This document shows, piece after piece, positions 24,401 through 39,400 of a stretch of DNA of 64,000 bases. The DNA is taken from positions 3,224,001 to 3,288,000 of the forward strand of contig CATNEN010000039.1 in assembly GCA_950097015.1 (NCBI GenBank), in the 5' to 3' direction. Source of the stretch: Macrostomum hystrix (lineage: Eukaryota; Animalia; Platyhelminthes). Within the stretch, counting starts at the first letter, position 1; every line of letters starts with the position of its first letter. The notes under the pieces are model-generated. The model was given only the letters and a program-made list of their open reading frames with translations. It was not told the DNA's origin and did no database searches. Position numbers and translations under genes: made by a program.

Positions 24401-27400
24401 TGCAGTCGAAGCTGCACTGGATTGCGATTCAGTCTCGATGCTTCGTGTTGCGGCAGCAGAAGAGCTCTCGGTCGAAACCTGGCTCGCTTCTGAAGTGCTT
24501 ACAGTCGGTGTCTCGACTCTCGCTGTGATTGTGGCTTCTGGCTCGCTCGTTGCTGCAGTCGAAGCTGCACTGGATGGCGATTCTGTCTCGATGCTTGGTG
24601 TTACGTAAGAGGAAGAGCTCTCGGTCGAAGCCGACACTGTACTCGTCGCAGTCGCTTCCGAAGTGCTTACGGTCGGCGTCTCGACTCTCGCTGTACTTGT
24701 GGCTTCTGGCTCGCCCGTAGCAGCAGTCGAAATTGCAATAGATGGCGATTTAGTCTCAAAGCTTGGTGTCACGGAAGCAGAAGAGCTCTCGGTCGAAGCC
24801 GACACCGTACTCGTCGCAGTCGCTTCCGAAGTGCTTACGGTCGGCGTCTCGACTCTCGCTGTGCTTGAGGCTTCTGGCTCGCTCGTTGTTGCACTTGAAG
24901 CTGCACTGGAAGGCGATTCAGTCTCGATGCTTGGTGTCGAAGCGGAAAACGAGGTAACGGTGGAGGCCGACTCCGAACTTGTCGCACTCGCTTCGGAAGT
25001 GCCTACGGTCCGCGTCTCGACTCTTGCTGTACTTGTGGCTTCTGTCTTGCCCGTAGCAGCAGTCGAAGCTGCACTGGATGACGATTCAGACTCGATGTTT
25101 GGTGTCACGGAAGCAGAAGAGCTTTCGGTCGAAGCCGACGCCGTACTCTTCGCAGTCGCTTCCGAAGTGCCTACTGTCCGCGTCTCGACTCTCGCTGTAC
25201 TTGTGGCTTCTGGCTCGCCCGTAGCAGCAGTCGAAATTGCAATAGATGGCGATTCTGTCTCGATGCTTGGTGTCTTGGAAGCAGAAGAGCTCTCGGTCGA
25301 AGCCGACACCGTACTCGTCGCAGTCGCTTCCGAAGTGCTTACAGATGGCATCTCGACTCTTGCTGTACTTGTGGCTTCTGTCTTGCCCGTAGCAGCAGTC
25401 GAAGCTGCACTGGATGGCGATTCGGTCTCGATGCTTGGTGTCACGGAAGCAGAAGAGCTCTCGGTCGAAGCCGACACCGTACTCGTCGCAGTCGCTTCCG
25501 AAGTGCCTACTGTCCGCGTCTCGACTCTCGCTGTACTTGTGGCTTCTGGCTCGCCCGTAGCAGCAGTCGAAATTGCAATAGATGGCGATTCTGTCTCGAT
25601 GCTTGGTGTCTTGGAAGCAGAAGAGCTCTCGGTCAAAGCCGACACTGTACTCGTCGCAGTCGCTTCCGAAGTGCTTATAGTCGACGTCTCGACTCCCGCT
25701 GCGCTTGAGGCTTCTGGCTCGCTCGTTGCTCCAGTCAAAGCTGCACTGGATGGCGATTCAGTCTCGATGCTTGGTGTCGAAGCGGAAAAAGAGGTCACGG
25801 TGGAGGCCGACTCTGAACTTGTCGCACTCGCTTCCGAAGTGCCTACGGTCCGCGTCTGGACTCTCGCTGTGCTTGTGGCTTCTGGCGCGCTCGCTTCTGC
25901 AGTCGAAGCTGCACTGGATTGCGATTCAGTCTCGATGCTTCGTGTTGCGGCAGCAGAAGAGCTCTCGGTCGAAACCTGGCTCGCTTCTGAAGTGCTTACA
26001 GTCGGTGTCTCGACTCTCGCTGTGATTGTGGCTTCTGGCTCGCTCGTTGCTGCAGTCGAAGCTGCACTGGATGGCGATTCTGTCTCGATGCTTGGTGTTA
26101 CGTAAGAAGAAGAGCTCTCGGTCGAAGCCGACACTGTACTCGTCGCAGTCGCTTCCGAAGTGCTTACGGTCGGCGTCTCGACTCTCGCTGTACTTGTGGC
26201 TTCTGGCTCGCCCGTAGCAGCAGTCGAAATTGCAATAGATGGCGATTTAGTCTCGATGCTTGGTGTCACGTAAGCAGAAGAGCTCTCGGTCGAAGCCGAC
26301 ACCGTACTCGTCGCAGTCGCTTCCGAAGTGCTTACGGTCGGCGTCTCGACTCTCGCTGTGCTTGAGGCTTCTGGCTCGCTCGTTGTTGCACTTGAAGCTG
26401 CACTGGATGGCGATTCAGTCTCGATGCTTGGTGTCGAAGCGGAAAACGAGGTCACGGTGGAGGCCGACTCCGAACTTGTCGCACTCGCTTCGGAAGTGCC
26501 TACGGTCCGCGTCTCGACTCTTGCTGTACTTGTGGCTTCTGTCTTGCCCGTAGCAGCAGTCGAAGCTGCACTGGATGACGATTCAGACTCGATGTTTGGT
26601 GTCACGGAAGCAGAAGAGCTCTCGGTCGAAGCCGACGCCGTACTCTTCGCAGTCGCTTCCGAAGTGCCTACTGTCCGCGTCTCGACTCTCGCTGTACTTG
26701 TGGCTTCTGGCTCGCCCGTAGCAGCAGTCGAAATTGCAATAGATGGCGATTCTGTCTCGATGCTTGGTGTCTTGGAAGCAGAAGAGCTCTCGGTCGAAGC
26801 CGACACCGTACTCGTCGCAGTCGCTTCCGAAGTGCTTACAGATGGCATCTCGACTCTTGCTGTACTTGTGGCTTCTGTCTTGCCCGTAGCAGCAGTCGAA
26901 GCTGCACTGGATGGCGATTCGGTCTCGATGCTTGGTGTCACGGAAGCAGAAGAGCTCTCGGTCGAAGCCGACACCGTACTCGTCGCAGTCGCTTCCGAAG
27001 TGCCTACTGTCCGCGTCTCGACTCTCGCTGTACTTGTGGCTTCTGGCTCGCCCGTAGCAGCAGTCGAAATTGCAATAGATGGCGATTCTGTCTCGATGCC
27101 TGGTGTCTTGGAAGCAGAAGAGCTCTCGGTCAAAGCCGACACTGTACTCGTCGCAGTCGCTTCCGAAGTGCTTATAGTCGACGTCTCGACTCCCGCTGCG
27201 CTTGAGGCTTCTGGCTCGCTCGTTGCTGCAGTCCAAGCTGCACTGGATGGCGATTCAGTCTCGATGCTTGGTGTCGAAGCGGAAAAAGAGGTCACGGTGG
27301 AGGCCGACTCCGAACTTGTCGCACTCGCTTCCGAAGTGCCTACGGTCCGCGTCTCGACTCTCGCTGTGCTTGTGGCTTCTGGCGCGCTCGCTTCTGCAGT

Positions 27401-30400
27401 CGAAGCTGCACTGGATGGCGATTCAGTCTCGATGCTTCGTGTTGCGGCAGCAGAAGAGCTCTCGGTCGAAACCTGGCTCGCTTCTGAAGTGCTTACAGTC
27501 GGTGTCTCGACTCTCGCTGTGATTGTGGCTTCTGGCTCGCTCGCAGCTGCAGTCGAAGCTGCACTGGATGGCGATTCAGTCTCGATGATTGGTGTTACGT
27601 AAGAGGAAGAGCTCTCGGTCGAAGCCGACACCGTACTCGTCGCAGTCGCTTCCGAAGTGCCTACAGTCGACGTCTCGACTTTCGCTGTACTTGAGGCTTC
27701 TGGCTCACCTGTTGCAGCAGTCGAAATTGTAATAGATGACGATTCAGTCTCGATGCTTGGTGTCACGGAAGCAGAAGAGCTCTCGGTCGAAGCCGACACT
27801 GTACTCGTCGCAGTCGCTTCCGAAGTGCTTACGGTCGGCGTCTCGACTCTCGCTGTACTTGTGGCTTCTGGCTCGCCCGTAGCAGCAGTCGAAATTGCAA
27901 TAGATGGCGATTTAGTCTCGATGCTTGGTGTCACGGAAGCAGAAGAGCTCTCGGTCGAAACCGACACCGTACTCGTCGCAGTCGCTTCCGAAGTGCTTAC
28001 GGTCGGCGTCTCGACTCTCGCTGTGCTTGAGGCTTCTGGCTCGCTCGTTGTTGCACTTGAAGCTGCACTGGAAGGCGTTTCAGTCTCGATGCTTGGTGTC
28101 GAATCGGTAGAAGAGGCCGACTCCGAACTTGTCGCACTCGCTTCGGAAGTGCCTACGGTCCGCGTCTCGACTCTTGCTGTAATTGTAGCTTCTGTCTTGC
28201 CCGTAGCAGCAGTCGAAGCTGCACTGGATGACGATTCAGACTCGATGTTTGGTGTCACGGAAGCAGAAGAGCTCTCGGTCGAAGCCGACGCCGTACTCGT
28301 CGCAGTCGCTTCCGAAGTGCCTACTGTCCGCGTCTCGACTCTCGCTGTACTTGTGGCTTCTGGCTCGCCCGTAGCAGCAGTCGAAATTGCAATAGATGGC
28401 GATTCTGTCTCGATGCTTGGTGTCTTGGAAGAAGAAGAGCTCTCGGTCGAAGCCGACACCGTACTCGTCGCAGTCGCTTCCGAAGTGCTTACAGATGGCA
28501 TCTCGACTCTTGCTGTACTTGTGGCTTCTGTCTTGCCCATAGCAGCAGTCGAAGCTGCACTGGATGACGATTCAGACTCGATGCTTGGTGTCACGGAAGC
28601 AGAAGAGCTCTCGGTCGAAGCCGACACCGTACTCGTCGCAGTCGCTTCCGAAGTGCCTACAGTCGACGTCTCGACTCTCGCTGTACTTGAGGCTTCTGGC
28701 TCACCTGTTGCAGCAGTCGAAATTGTAATAGATGGCGATTCAGTCTCGATGCTTGGTGTCACGAAAGCAGAAGAACTCTCGGTCGAAGCCGACACCGTAC
28801 TCGTCGCAGTCGCTTCCGAAGTGCTTACGGTCGGCGTCTCGACTCTCGCTGTGCTTGAGGCTTCTGGCTCGCTCGTTGCTGCAGTAGAAGCTGCACTGGA
28901 TTGCGATTCAGTCTCGATGCTTGGTGTCGCGGCGACAGAAGAGCTCCCGGTTGAAGCCGACACCGTACTCGTCGCAGACCCTTCCGAAGTGCTTACAGTC
29001 GGCGCCTCGACTCTCGCTGTACTTGAGGCTTCTGGCTCACCTGTTGCAGCAGTCGAAATTGTAATAGATGGCGATTCAGTCTCAATGCTTGGTGTCACGG
29101 AAGCAGAAGAACTCTCGGTCGAAGACGACACTGTACTCGTCACAGTCGCTTCCGAAGTGCTTACAGGTAGCGTCTCGACTCCCGCTGCGCTTGAGGCTTC
29201 TGGCTCGCTCGTTCCTGCTGTCGAAGCTGCACTGGATTGCGATTCAGTCTCGATGCTTGGTGTCGAAGAGGCAGAAGAGCTCTCGGTCGAAGCCGACACC
29301 GTACTCGTCGCAGTCGCTTCCGAAGTGCCTGCCGTCCGCGTCTCGACTCTCGCTGTGATTGTGGCTTCTGGCGCGCTCGTTGCTGCAAGCGAAGCAGCAC
29401 TGGATGGCGATTCAGTCTCGATGCTAGGTGTTACGTAAGAAGAAGAGCTCTCGGTCGAAGCCGACACCGTGCTTGTCACAGTCGCTTCCGAAGTGCTTAC
29501 GGTCGGCGTCTCGACTCTCGCTGTACTTGTGGCTTCTGTCTCGCCCGTAGCAGCAGTCGAAGCTGCATTGGATGGCGATTCAATCTCGATGCTTGGTGCC
29601 ACGGAAGTAGAAGAGCTCTCGGTCGAAGCCGACACCGTACTCGTCGCAGTCGCTTCCGAAGTGCCTACTGTCCGCGTCTCGTCTCTCGCTGTGATTGTGG
29701 CTTCTGGCGCGCTCGTTGCTGCAGTCGAAGCTGCACGGGATGGCAATTCAGTCTCGATGCTTGGTGTCAAAGCGGAAAACAAGGTCACGGTGGAGGCCGA
29801 CTCCGAACTTGTCGCACTCGCTTCCGAAGTGCCTACGGTCCGCGTCTCGACTCTCGCTGTACTTGTGGCTTCTGGCGCGCTCGTTGCTGCAGTCGAAGCT
29901 GCACTGGATGGCAATTCAGTCTCGATGCTTGGTGTCGAAGCGGAAAAAGAGGTCACGGTGGAGGCCGACTCCGTACTCGTCGCACTCGCTTCCGAAGTGC
30001 CTACTGTCTTCGTCTTGACTCTCGCTGTGATTGTGGCTTCTGGCGCGCTCGTTGCTGCAGTCGAAGCTGCACTGGATGGCAATTCAGTCTCGATGCTTGG
30101 TGTCTTGGAAGAAGAAGAGCTCTCGGTCGAAGCCGACACCGTACTCGTCGCAGTCGCTTCCGAAGTGCTTACAGATGACGTCTCCACTCTCGCTGCGCTT
30201 GAGGCTTCTGGCTCGCCCGTAGCAGCAGTCGAAGCTGCACTGGATGGCGATTCAGTCTCGATGCTTGGTGTCACGGAAGCAGAAGAGGTCACGGTGGAGG
30301 CCGACTCCGTACTTGTCGCACTCGCTTCCGAAGTGCCTACTGTTCGCGTCTCGACTCTCGCTGTGATTGTGGCTTCTGGCGCGCTCGTTGCTGCAGTCGA

Positions 30401-33400
30401 AGCTGCACGGGATGGCAATTCAGTCTCGATGCTTGGTGTCGAAGCGGCAGAAGAGGTCACGGTGGAGGCCGACTCCGTACTTGTCGCAGTCGCTTCCGAA
30501 GTGCCTACGGTCCGCATCTCGACTCTGGCTGTACTTAAGGCTTCTGGCTCGCCCGTAGTAGCAGTCGAAATTGCAATAGATGGCGATTCAGTCTCGATGC
30601 TTGGTGTCACGGAAGCAGATGAGCTCTCGGTCGAAGCCGACACCGTACTCGTCGCAGTCGCTTCTGAAGTGCTTACAGATGACGTCTCGACTCTTGCTGC
30701 GCTTGAGGCTTCTGGCTCGCCCGTAGCAGCAGTCGAAGCTGCACTGGATGGCGATTCAGTCTCGATGCTTGGTGTCACGGAAGCAGAAGAGGTCACGGTG
30801 GAGGCCGACTCCGTACTAGTCGCACTCGCTTCCGAAGTGCTTACAGATGACGTCTTGACTCTTGCTGCGCTTGAGGCTTCTGGCTCGCCCGTAGCAGCAG
30901 TCGAAGCTGCACTGGATGGCGATTCAGTCTCGATGCTTGGTGTCACGGAAGCAGAAGAGGTCACGGTGGAGGCCGACTCCGTACTTGTCGCACTCGCTTC
31001 CGAAGTGCTTACAGATGACGTCTCGACTCTCGCTGCGCTTGAGGCTTCTGGCTCGCCCGTAGCAGCAGTCGAAGCTGCACTGGATGGCGATTCGGTCTCG
31101 ATGCTTGGTGTCACGGAAGCAGAAGAGCTCTCGGTCGAAGCCGACACCGTACTCGTCGCAGTCGCTTCCGAAGTGCTTACAGATGACGTCTCGACTCTCG
31201 CTGCGCTTGAGGCTTCTGGCTCGCCCGTAGCAGCAGTCGAAGCTGCACTGGATGGCGATTCGGTCTCGATGCTTGGTGTCACGGAAGCAGAAGAGCTCTC
31301 GGTCGAAGCCGACACCGTACTCGTCGCAGTCGCTTCCGAAGTGCCTACTGTCTGCGTCTTGACTCTCGCTGTGATTGTGGCTTCTGGCTCGCCCGTAGCA
31401 GCAGTCGAAGCTGCACTGGATGGCGATTCATTCTCGATGCTTGGTGTCGAAGCGGAAAAAGAGGTCACGGTGGAGGCCGACTCCGTACTTGTCGCACTCG
31501 CTTCCGAAGTGCCTACGGTCCGCATCTCGACTCTCGCTGTACTTGTGGCTTCTGGCTCGCCCGTAGCAGCAGTCGAAATTGCAAAAGATGGCGATTTAGT
31601 CTCGATGCTTGGTGTCACGGAAGCAGAAGAGCTCTCAGTCGAAGCCGACACCGGACTCGTCGCAGTCGCTTCCGAAGTGCCTACTGTCTGCGTCTTGACT
31701 CTCGCTGTGATTGTGGCTTCTGGCGCGCTCGTTGCTGCAGTAGAAGCTGCACTGGATTGCGATTCAGTCTCGATGCTTGGTGTCGCGGCGGCAGAAGAGC
31801 TCCCGGTTGAAGCCGACACCGTACTCGTCGCAGTCGCTTCCGAAGTGCTTACAGTCGACGTCTCGACTCTCGCTGCGCTTGAGGCTTCTGGCTTGCTCGT
31901 TGCTGCAGTCCAAGCTGCACTGGATGGCGATTCAGTCTCGATGCTTGGTGTCGAAGCGGAAAACGAGGTCACGGTGGAGGCCGACTCCGAACTTGTCGCA
32001 GTCGCTTCCGAAGTGCCTACAGTCGACGTCTCGACTCTCGCTGTACTTGAGGCTTCTGGCTCACCTGTTGCAGCAGTCGAAATTGTAATAGATGGCGATT
32101 CAGTCTCGATGCTTGGTGTCACGAAAGCAGAAGAACTCTCGGTCGATGCCGACACCGTACTCGTCGCAGTCGCTTCCGAAGTGCTTACGGTCGGCGTCTC
32201 GACTCTCGCTTTACTTGTGGCTTCTGGCTCGCTCGTTGTTGCACTTGAAAATGCACTGGAAGGCGATTCAGTCTCGATGCTTGGTGTCGAATCAATAGAA
32301 GAGGTCACGGTGGAGTCCGACTCCGAACTTTTCGCACTCGCTTCGGAAGTGCCTACGGTCCGCGTCTCGACTCTTGCTGTACTTGTGGCTTCTGTCTTGC
32401 CCGTAGCAGCAGTCGAAGCTGCACTGGATGACGATTCAGACTCGATGCTTGGTGTCACGGAAGCAGAAGAGCTCTCGGTCGAAGCCGACACCGTACTCGT
32501 CGCAGTCGCTTCCGAAGTGCCTACTGTCCGCGTCTCGACTCTCGCTGTACTTGTGGCTTCTGGCTCGCCCGTAGCAGCAGTCGAAATTGCAATAGATGGC
32601 GATTCTGTCTCGATGCTTGGTGTCTTGGAAGAAGAAGAGCTCTCGGTCGAAGCCGACACTGTACTCGTCGCAGTCGCTTCCGAAGTGCTTACAGTCGACG
32701 TCTCGACTCCCGCTGCGCTTGAGGCTTCTGGCTCGCTCGTTGCTGCAGTCCAAGCTGCACTGGATGGCGATTCAGTCTCGATGCTTGGTGTCGAAGCGGA
32801 AAACGAGGTCACGGTGGAGGCCGACTCCGAACTTGTCGCAGTCGCTTCCGAAGTGCCTACAGTCGACGTCTCGACTCTCGCTGTACTTGAGGCTTCTGGC
32901 TCACCTGTTGCAGCAGTCGAAATTGTAATAGATGGCGATTCAGTCTCGATGCTTGGTGTCACGAAAGCAGAAGAACTCTCGGTCGAAGCCGACACCGTAC
33001 TCGTCGCAGTCGCTTCCGAAGTGCTTACGGTTGGCGTCTCGACTCTCGCTGTACTTGTGGCTTCTGGCTCGCTCGTTGTTGCACTTGAAAATGCACTGGA
33101 AGGCGATTCAGTCTCGATGCTTGGTGTCGAATCGATAGAAGAGGTCACGGTGGAGTCCGACTCCGAACTTTTCGCACTCGCTTCGGAAGTGCCTACGGTC
33201 CGCGTCTCGACTCTTGCTGTACTTGTGGCTTCTGTCTTGCCCGTAGCAGCAGTCGAAGCTGCACTGGATGACGATTCAGACTCGATGCTTGGTGTCTTGG
33301 AAGAAGAAGAGCTCTCGGTCGAAGCCGACACTGTACTCGTCGCAGTCGCTTCCGAAGTGCTTACAGTCGACGTCTCGACTCCCGCTGCGCTTGAGGCTTC

Positions 33401-36400
33401 TGGCTCGCTCGTTGCTGCAGTCCAAGCTGCACTGGATGGCGATTCAGTCTCGATGCTTGGTGTCGAAGCGGAAAAAGAGGTCACGGTGGAGGCCGACTCC
33501 GAACTTGTCGCACTCGCTTCCGAAGTGCCTGCGGTCCGAGTCTCGACCCTCGCTGTGCTTGTGGCTTCTGGCGCGCTCGCTTCTGCAGTCGAAGCTGTAC
33601 TGGATGGCGATTCAGTCTCGATGCTTCGTGTTGCGGCAGCAGAAGAGCTCTCGGTCGAAACCTGGCTCGCTTCTGAAGTGCTTACAGTCGGTGTCTCGAC
33701 TCTCGCTGTGCTTGAGGCTTCTGGCTCGCTCGATGTTGCACTTGAAGCTGCACTGGAAGGCGATTCAGTCTCGATGCTTGGTGTCGAATCGGTAGAAGAG
33801 GTCACGGTGGAGGCCGACTCCGAACTTGTCGCACTCGCTTCGGAAGTGCCTACGGTCCGCGTCTCGACTCTTGCTGTACTTGTGGCTTCTGTCTTGCCCG
33901 TAGCAGCAGTCGAAGCTGCACTGGATGACGATTCAGTCTCGATGCTTGGTGTCACGGAAGCAGAAGAGCTCTCGATCGAAGCCGAAACTGTACTCGTCGC
34001 AGTCGCTTCCGAAGTGCTTACAGTCGGTGTCTCGACTCTCGCTGTGCTTGAGGCTTCTGGCTCGCTCGTTGTTGCACTTGAAGCTGCACTGGATGGCGAT
34101 TCATTCTCGATGCTTGGTGTCGAAGCGGAAAAAGAGGTCACGGTGGAGGCCGACTCTGAACTTGTCGCACTCGCTTCCGAAGTGCCTACGGTCCGCGTCT
34201 GGACTCTCGCTGTGCTTGTGGCTTCTGGCGCGCTCGCTTCTGCAGTCGAAGCTGCACTGGATTGCGATTCAGTCTCGATGCTTCGTGTTGCGGCAGCAGA
34301 AGAGCTCTCGGTCGAAACCTGGCTCGCTTCTGAAGTGCTTACAGTCGGTGTCTCGACTCTCGCTGTGATTGTGGCTTCTGGCTCGCTCGTTGCTGCAGTC
34401 GAAGCTGCACTGGATGGCGATTCTGTCTCGATGCTTGGTGTTACGTAAGAGGAAGAGCTCTCGGTCGAAGCCGACACTGTACTCGTCGCAGTCGCTTCCG
34501 AAGTGCTTACGGTCGGCGTCTCGACTCTCGCTGTACTTGTGGCTTCTGGCTCGCCCGTAGCAGCAGTCGAAATTGCAATAGATGGCGATTTAGTCTCAAA
34601 GCTTGGTGTCACGGAAGCAGAAGAGCTCTCGGTCGAAGCCGACACCGTACTCGTCGCAGTCGCTTCCGAAGTGCTTACGGTCGGCGTCTCGACTCTCGCT
34701 GTGCTTGAGGCTTCTGGCTCGCTCGTTGTTGCACTTGAAGCTGCACTGGAAGGCGATTCAGTCTCGATGCTTGGTGTCGAAGCGGAAAACGAGGTAACGG
34801 TGGAGGCCGACTCCGAACTTGTCGCACTCGCTTCGGAAGTGCCTACGGTCCGCGTCTCGACTCTTGCTGTACTTGTGGCTTCTGTCTTGCCCGTAGCAGC
34901 AGTCGAAGCTGCACTGGATGACGATTCAGACTCGATGTTTGGTGTCACGGAAGCAGAAGAGCTTTCGGTCGAAGCCGACGCCGTACTCTTCGCAGTCGCT
35001 TCCGAAGTGCCTACTGTCCGCGTCTCGACTCTCGCTGTACTTGTGGCTTCTGGCTCGCCCGTAGCAGCAGTCGAAATTGCAATAGATGGCGATTCTGTCT
35101 CGATGCTTGGTGTCTTGGAAGCAGAAGAGCTCTCGGTCGAAGCCGACACCGTACTCGTCGCAGTCGCTTCCGAAGTGCTTACAGATGGCATCTCGACTCT
35201 TGCTGTACTTGTGGCTTCTGTCTTGCCCGTAGCAGCAGTCGAAGCTGCACTGGATGGCGATTCGGTCTCGATGCTTGGTGTCACGGAAGCAGAAGAGCTC
35301 TCGGTCGAAGCCGACACCGTACTCGTCGCAGTCGCTTCCGAAGTGCCTACTGTCCGCGTCTCGACTCTCGCTGTACTTGTGGCTTCTGGCTCGCCCGTAG
35401 CAGCAGTCGAAATTGCAATAGATGGCGATTCTGTCTCGATGCTTGGTGTCTTGGAAGCAGAAGAGCTCTCGGTCAAAGCCGACACTGTACTCGTCGCAGT
35501 CGCTTCCGAAGTGCTTATAGTCGACGTCTCGACTCCCGCTGCGCTTGAGGCTTCTGGCTCGCTCGTTGCTCCAGTCAAAGCTGCACTGGATGGCGATTCA
35601 GTCTCGATGCTTGGTGTCGAAGCGGAAAAAGAGGTCACGGTGGAGGCCGACTCTGAACTTGTCGCACTCGCTTCCGAAGTGCCTACGGTCCGCGTCTGGA
35701 CTCTCGCTGTGCTTGTGGCTTCTGGCGCGCTCGCTTCTGCAGTCGAAGCTGCACTGGATTGCGATTCAGTCTCGATGCTTCGTGTTGCGGCAGCAGAAGA
35801 GCTCTCGGTCGAAACCTGGCTCGCTTCTGAAGTGCTTACAGTCGGTGTCTCGACTCTCGCTGTGATTGTGGCTTCTGGCTCGCTCGTTGCTGCAGTCGAA
35901 GCTGCACTGGATGGCGATTCTGTCTCGATGCTTGGTGTTACGTAAGAAGAAGAGCTCTCGGTCGAAGCCGACACTGTACTCGTCGCAGTCGCTTCCGAAG
36001 TGCTTACGGTCGGCGTCTCGACTCTCGCTGTACTTGTGGCTTCTGGCTCGCCCGTAGCAGCAGTCGAAATTGCAATAGATGGCGATTTAGTCTCGATGCT
36101 TGGTGTCACGTAAGCAGAAGAGCTCTCGGTCGAAGCCGACACCGTACTCGTCGCAGTCGCTTCCGAAGTGCTTACGGTCGGCGTCTCGACTCTCGCTGTG
36201 CTTGAGGCTTCTGGCTCGCTCGTTGTTGCACTTGAAGCTGCACTGGATGGCGATTCAGTCTCGATGCTTGGTGTCGAAGCGGAAAACGAGGTCACGGTGG
36301 AGGCCGACTCCGAACTTGTCGCACTCGCTTCGGAAGTGCCTACGGTCCGCGTCTCGACTCTTGCTGTACTTGTGGCTTCTGTCTTGCCCGTAGCAGCAGT

Positions 36401-39400
36401 CGAAGCTGCACTGGATGACGATTCAGACTCGATGTTTGGTGTCACGGAAGCAGAAGAGCTCTCGGTCGAAGCCGACGCCGTACTCTTCGCAGTCGCTTCC
36501 GAAGTGCCTACTGTCCGCGTCTCGACTCTCGCTGTACTTGTGGCTTCTGGCTCGCCCGTAGCAGCAGTCGAAATTGCAATAGATGGCGATTCTGTCTCGA
36601 TGCTTGGTGTCTTGGAAGCAGAAGAGCTCTCGGTCGAAGCCGACACCGTACTCGTCGCAGTCGCTTCCGAAGTGCTTACAGATGGCATCTCGACTCTTGC
36701 TGTACTTGTGGCTTCTGTCTTGCCCGTAGCAGCAGTCGAAGCTGCACTGGATGGCGATTCGGTCTCGATGCTTGGTGTCACGGAAGCAGAAGAGCTCTCG
36801 GTCGAAGCCGACACCGTACTCGTCGCAGTCGCTTCCGAAGTGCCTACTGTCCGCGTCTCGACTCTCGCTGTACTTGTGGCTTCTGGCTCGCCCGTAGCAG
36901 CAGTCGAAATTGCAATAGATGGCGATTCTGTCTCGATGCCTGGTGTCTTGGAAGCAGAAGAGCTCTCGGTCAAAGCCGACACTGTACTCGTCGCAGTCGC
37001 TTCCGAAGTGCTTATAGTCGACGTCTCGACTCCCGCTGCGCTTGAGGCTTCTGGCTCGCTCGTTGCTGCAGTCCAAGCTGCACTGGATGGCGATTCAGTC
37101 TCGATGCTTGGTGTCGAAGCGGAAAAAGAGGTCACGGTGGAGGCCGACTCCGAACTTGTCGCACTCGCTTCCGAAGTGCCTACGGTCCGCGTCTCGACTC
37201 TCGCTGTGCTTGTGGCTTCTGGCGCGCTCGCTTCTGCAGTCGAAGCTGCACTGGATGGCGATTCAGTCTCGATGCTTCGTGTTGCGGCAGCAGAAGAGCT
37301 CTCGGTCGAAACCTGGCTCGCTTCTGAAGTGCTTACAGTCGGTGTCTCGACTCTCGCTGTGATTGTGGCTTCTGGCTCGCTCGCAGCTGCAGTCGAAGCT
37401 GCACTGGATGGCGATTCAGTCTCGATGATTGGTGTTACGTAAGAGGAAGAGCTCTCGGTCGAAGCCGACACCGTACTCGTCGCAGTCGCTTCCGAAGTGC
37501 CTACAGTCGACGTCTCGACTTTCGCTGTACTTGAGGCTTCTGGCTCACCTGTTGCAGCAGTCGAAATTGTAATAGATGACGATTCAGTCTCGATGCTTGG
37601 TGTCACGGAAGCAGAAGAGCTCTCGGTCGAAGCCGACACTGTACTCGTCGCAGTCGCTTCCGAAGTGCTTACGGTCGGCGTCTCGACTCTCGCTGTACTT
37701 GTGGCTTCTGGCTCGCCCGTAGCAGCAGTCGAAATTGCAATAGATGGCGATTTAGTCTCGATGCTTGGTGTCACGGAAGCAGAAGAGCTCTCGGTCGAAA
37801 CCGACACCGTACTCGTCGCAGTCGCTTCCGAAGTGCTTACGGTCGGCGTCTCGACTCTCGCTGTGCTTGAGGCTTCTGGCTCGCTCGTTGTTGCACTTGA
37901 AGCTGCACTGGAAGGCGTTTCAGTCTCGATGCTTGGTGTCGAATCGGTAGAAGAGGCCGACTCCGAACTTGTCGCACTCGCTTCGGAAGTGCCTACGGTC
38001 CGCGTCTCGACTCTTGCTGTAATTGTAGCTTCTGTCTTGCCCGTAGCAGCAGTCGAAGCTGCACTGGATGACGATTCAGACTCGATGTTTGGTGTCACGG
38101 AAGCAGAAGAGCTCTCGGTCGAAGCCGACGCCGTACTCGTCGCAGTCGCTTCCGAAGTGCCTACTGTCCGCGTCTCGACTCTCGCTGTACTTGTGGCTTC
38201 TGGCTCGCCCGTAGCAGCAGTCGAAATTGCAATAGATGGCGATTCTGTCTCGATGCTTGGTGTCTTGGAAGAAGAAGAGCTCTCGGTCGAAGCCGACACC
38301 GTACTCGTCGCAGTCGCTTCCGAAGTGCTTACAGATGGCATCTCGACTCTTGCTGTACTTGTGGCTTCTGTCTTGCCCATAGCAGCAGTCGAAGCTGCAC
38401 TGGATGACGATTCAGACTCGATGCTTGGTGTCACGGAAGCAGAAGAGCTCTCGGTCGAAGCCGACACCGTACTCGTCGCAGTCGCTTCCGAAGTGCCTAC
38501 AGTCGACGTCTCGACTCTCGCTGTACTTGAGGCTTCTGGCTCACCTGTTGCAGCAGTCGAAATTGTAATAGATGGCGATTCAGTCTCGATGCTTGGTGTC
38601 ACGAAAGCAGAAGAACTCTCGGTCGAAGCCGACACCGTACTCGTCGCAGTCGCTTCCGAAGTGCTTACGGTCGGCGTCTCGACTCTCGCTGTGCTTGAGG
38701 CTTCTGGCTCGCTCGTTGCTGCAGTAGAAGCTGCACTGGATTGCGATTCAGTCTCGATGCTTGGTGTCGCGGCGACAGAAGAGCTCCCGGTTGAAGCCGA
38801 CACCGTACTCGTCGCAGACCCTTCCGAAGTGCTTACAGTCGGCGCCTCGACTCTCGCTGTACTTGAGGCTTCTGGCTCACCTGTTGCAGCAGTCGAAATT
38901 GTAATAGATGGCGATTCAGTCTCAATGCTTGGTGTCACGGAAGCAGAAGAACTCTCGGTCGAAGACGACACTGTACTCGTCACAGTCGCTTCCGAAGTGC
39001 TTACAGGTAGCGTCTCGACTCCCGCTGCGCTTGAGGCTTCTGGCTCGCTCGTTCCTGCTGTCGAAGCTGCACTGGATTGCGATTCAGTCTCGATGCTTGG
39101 TGTCGAAGAGGCAGAAGAGCTCTCGGTCGAAGCCGACACCGTACTCGTCGCAGTCGCTTCCGAAGTGCCTGCCGTCCGCGTCTCGACTCTCGCTGTGATT
39201 GTGGCTTCTGGCGCGCTCGTTGCTGCAAGCGAAGCAGCACTGGATGGCGATTCAGTCTCGATGCTAGGTGTTACGTAAGAAGAAGAGCTCTCGGTCGAAG
39301 CCGACACCGTGCTTGTCACAGTCGCTTCCGAAGTGCTTACGGTCGGCGTCTCGACTCTCGCTGTACTTGTGGCTTCTGTCTCGCCCGTAGCAGCAGTCGA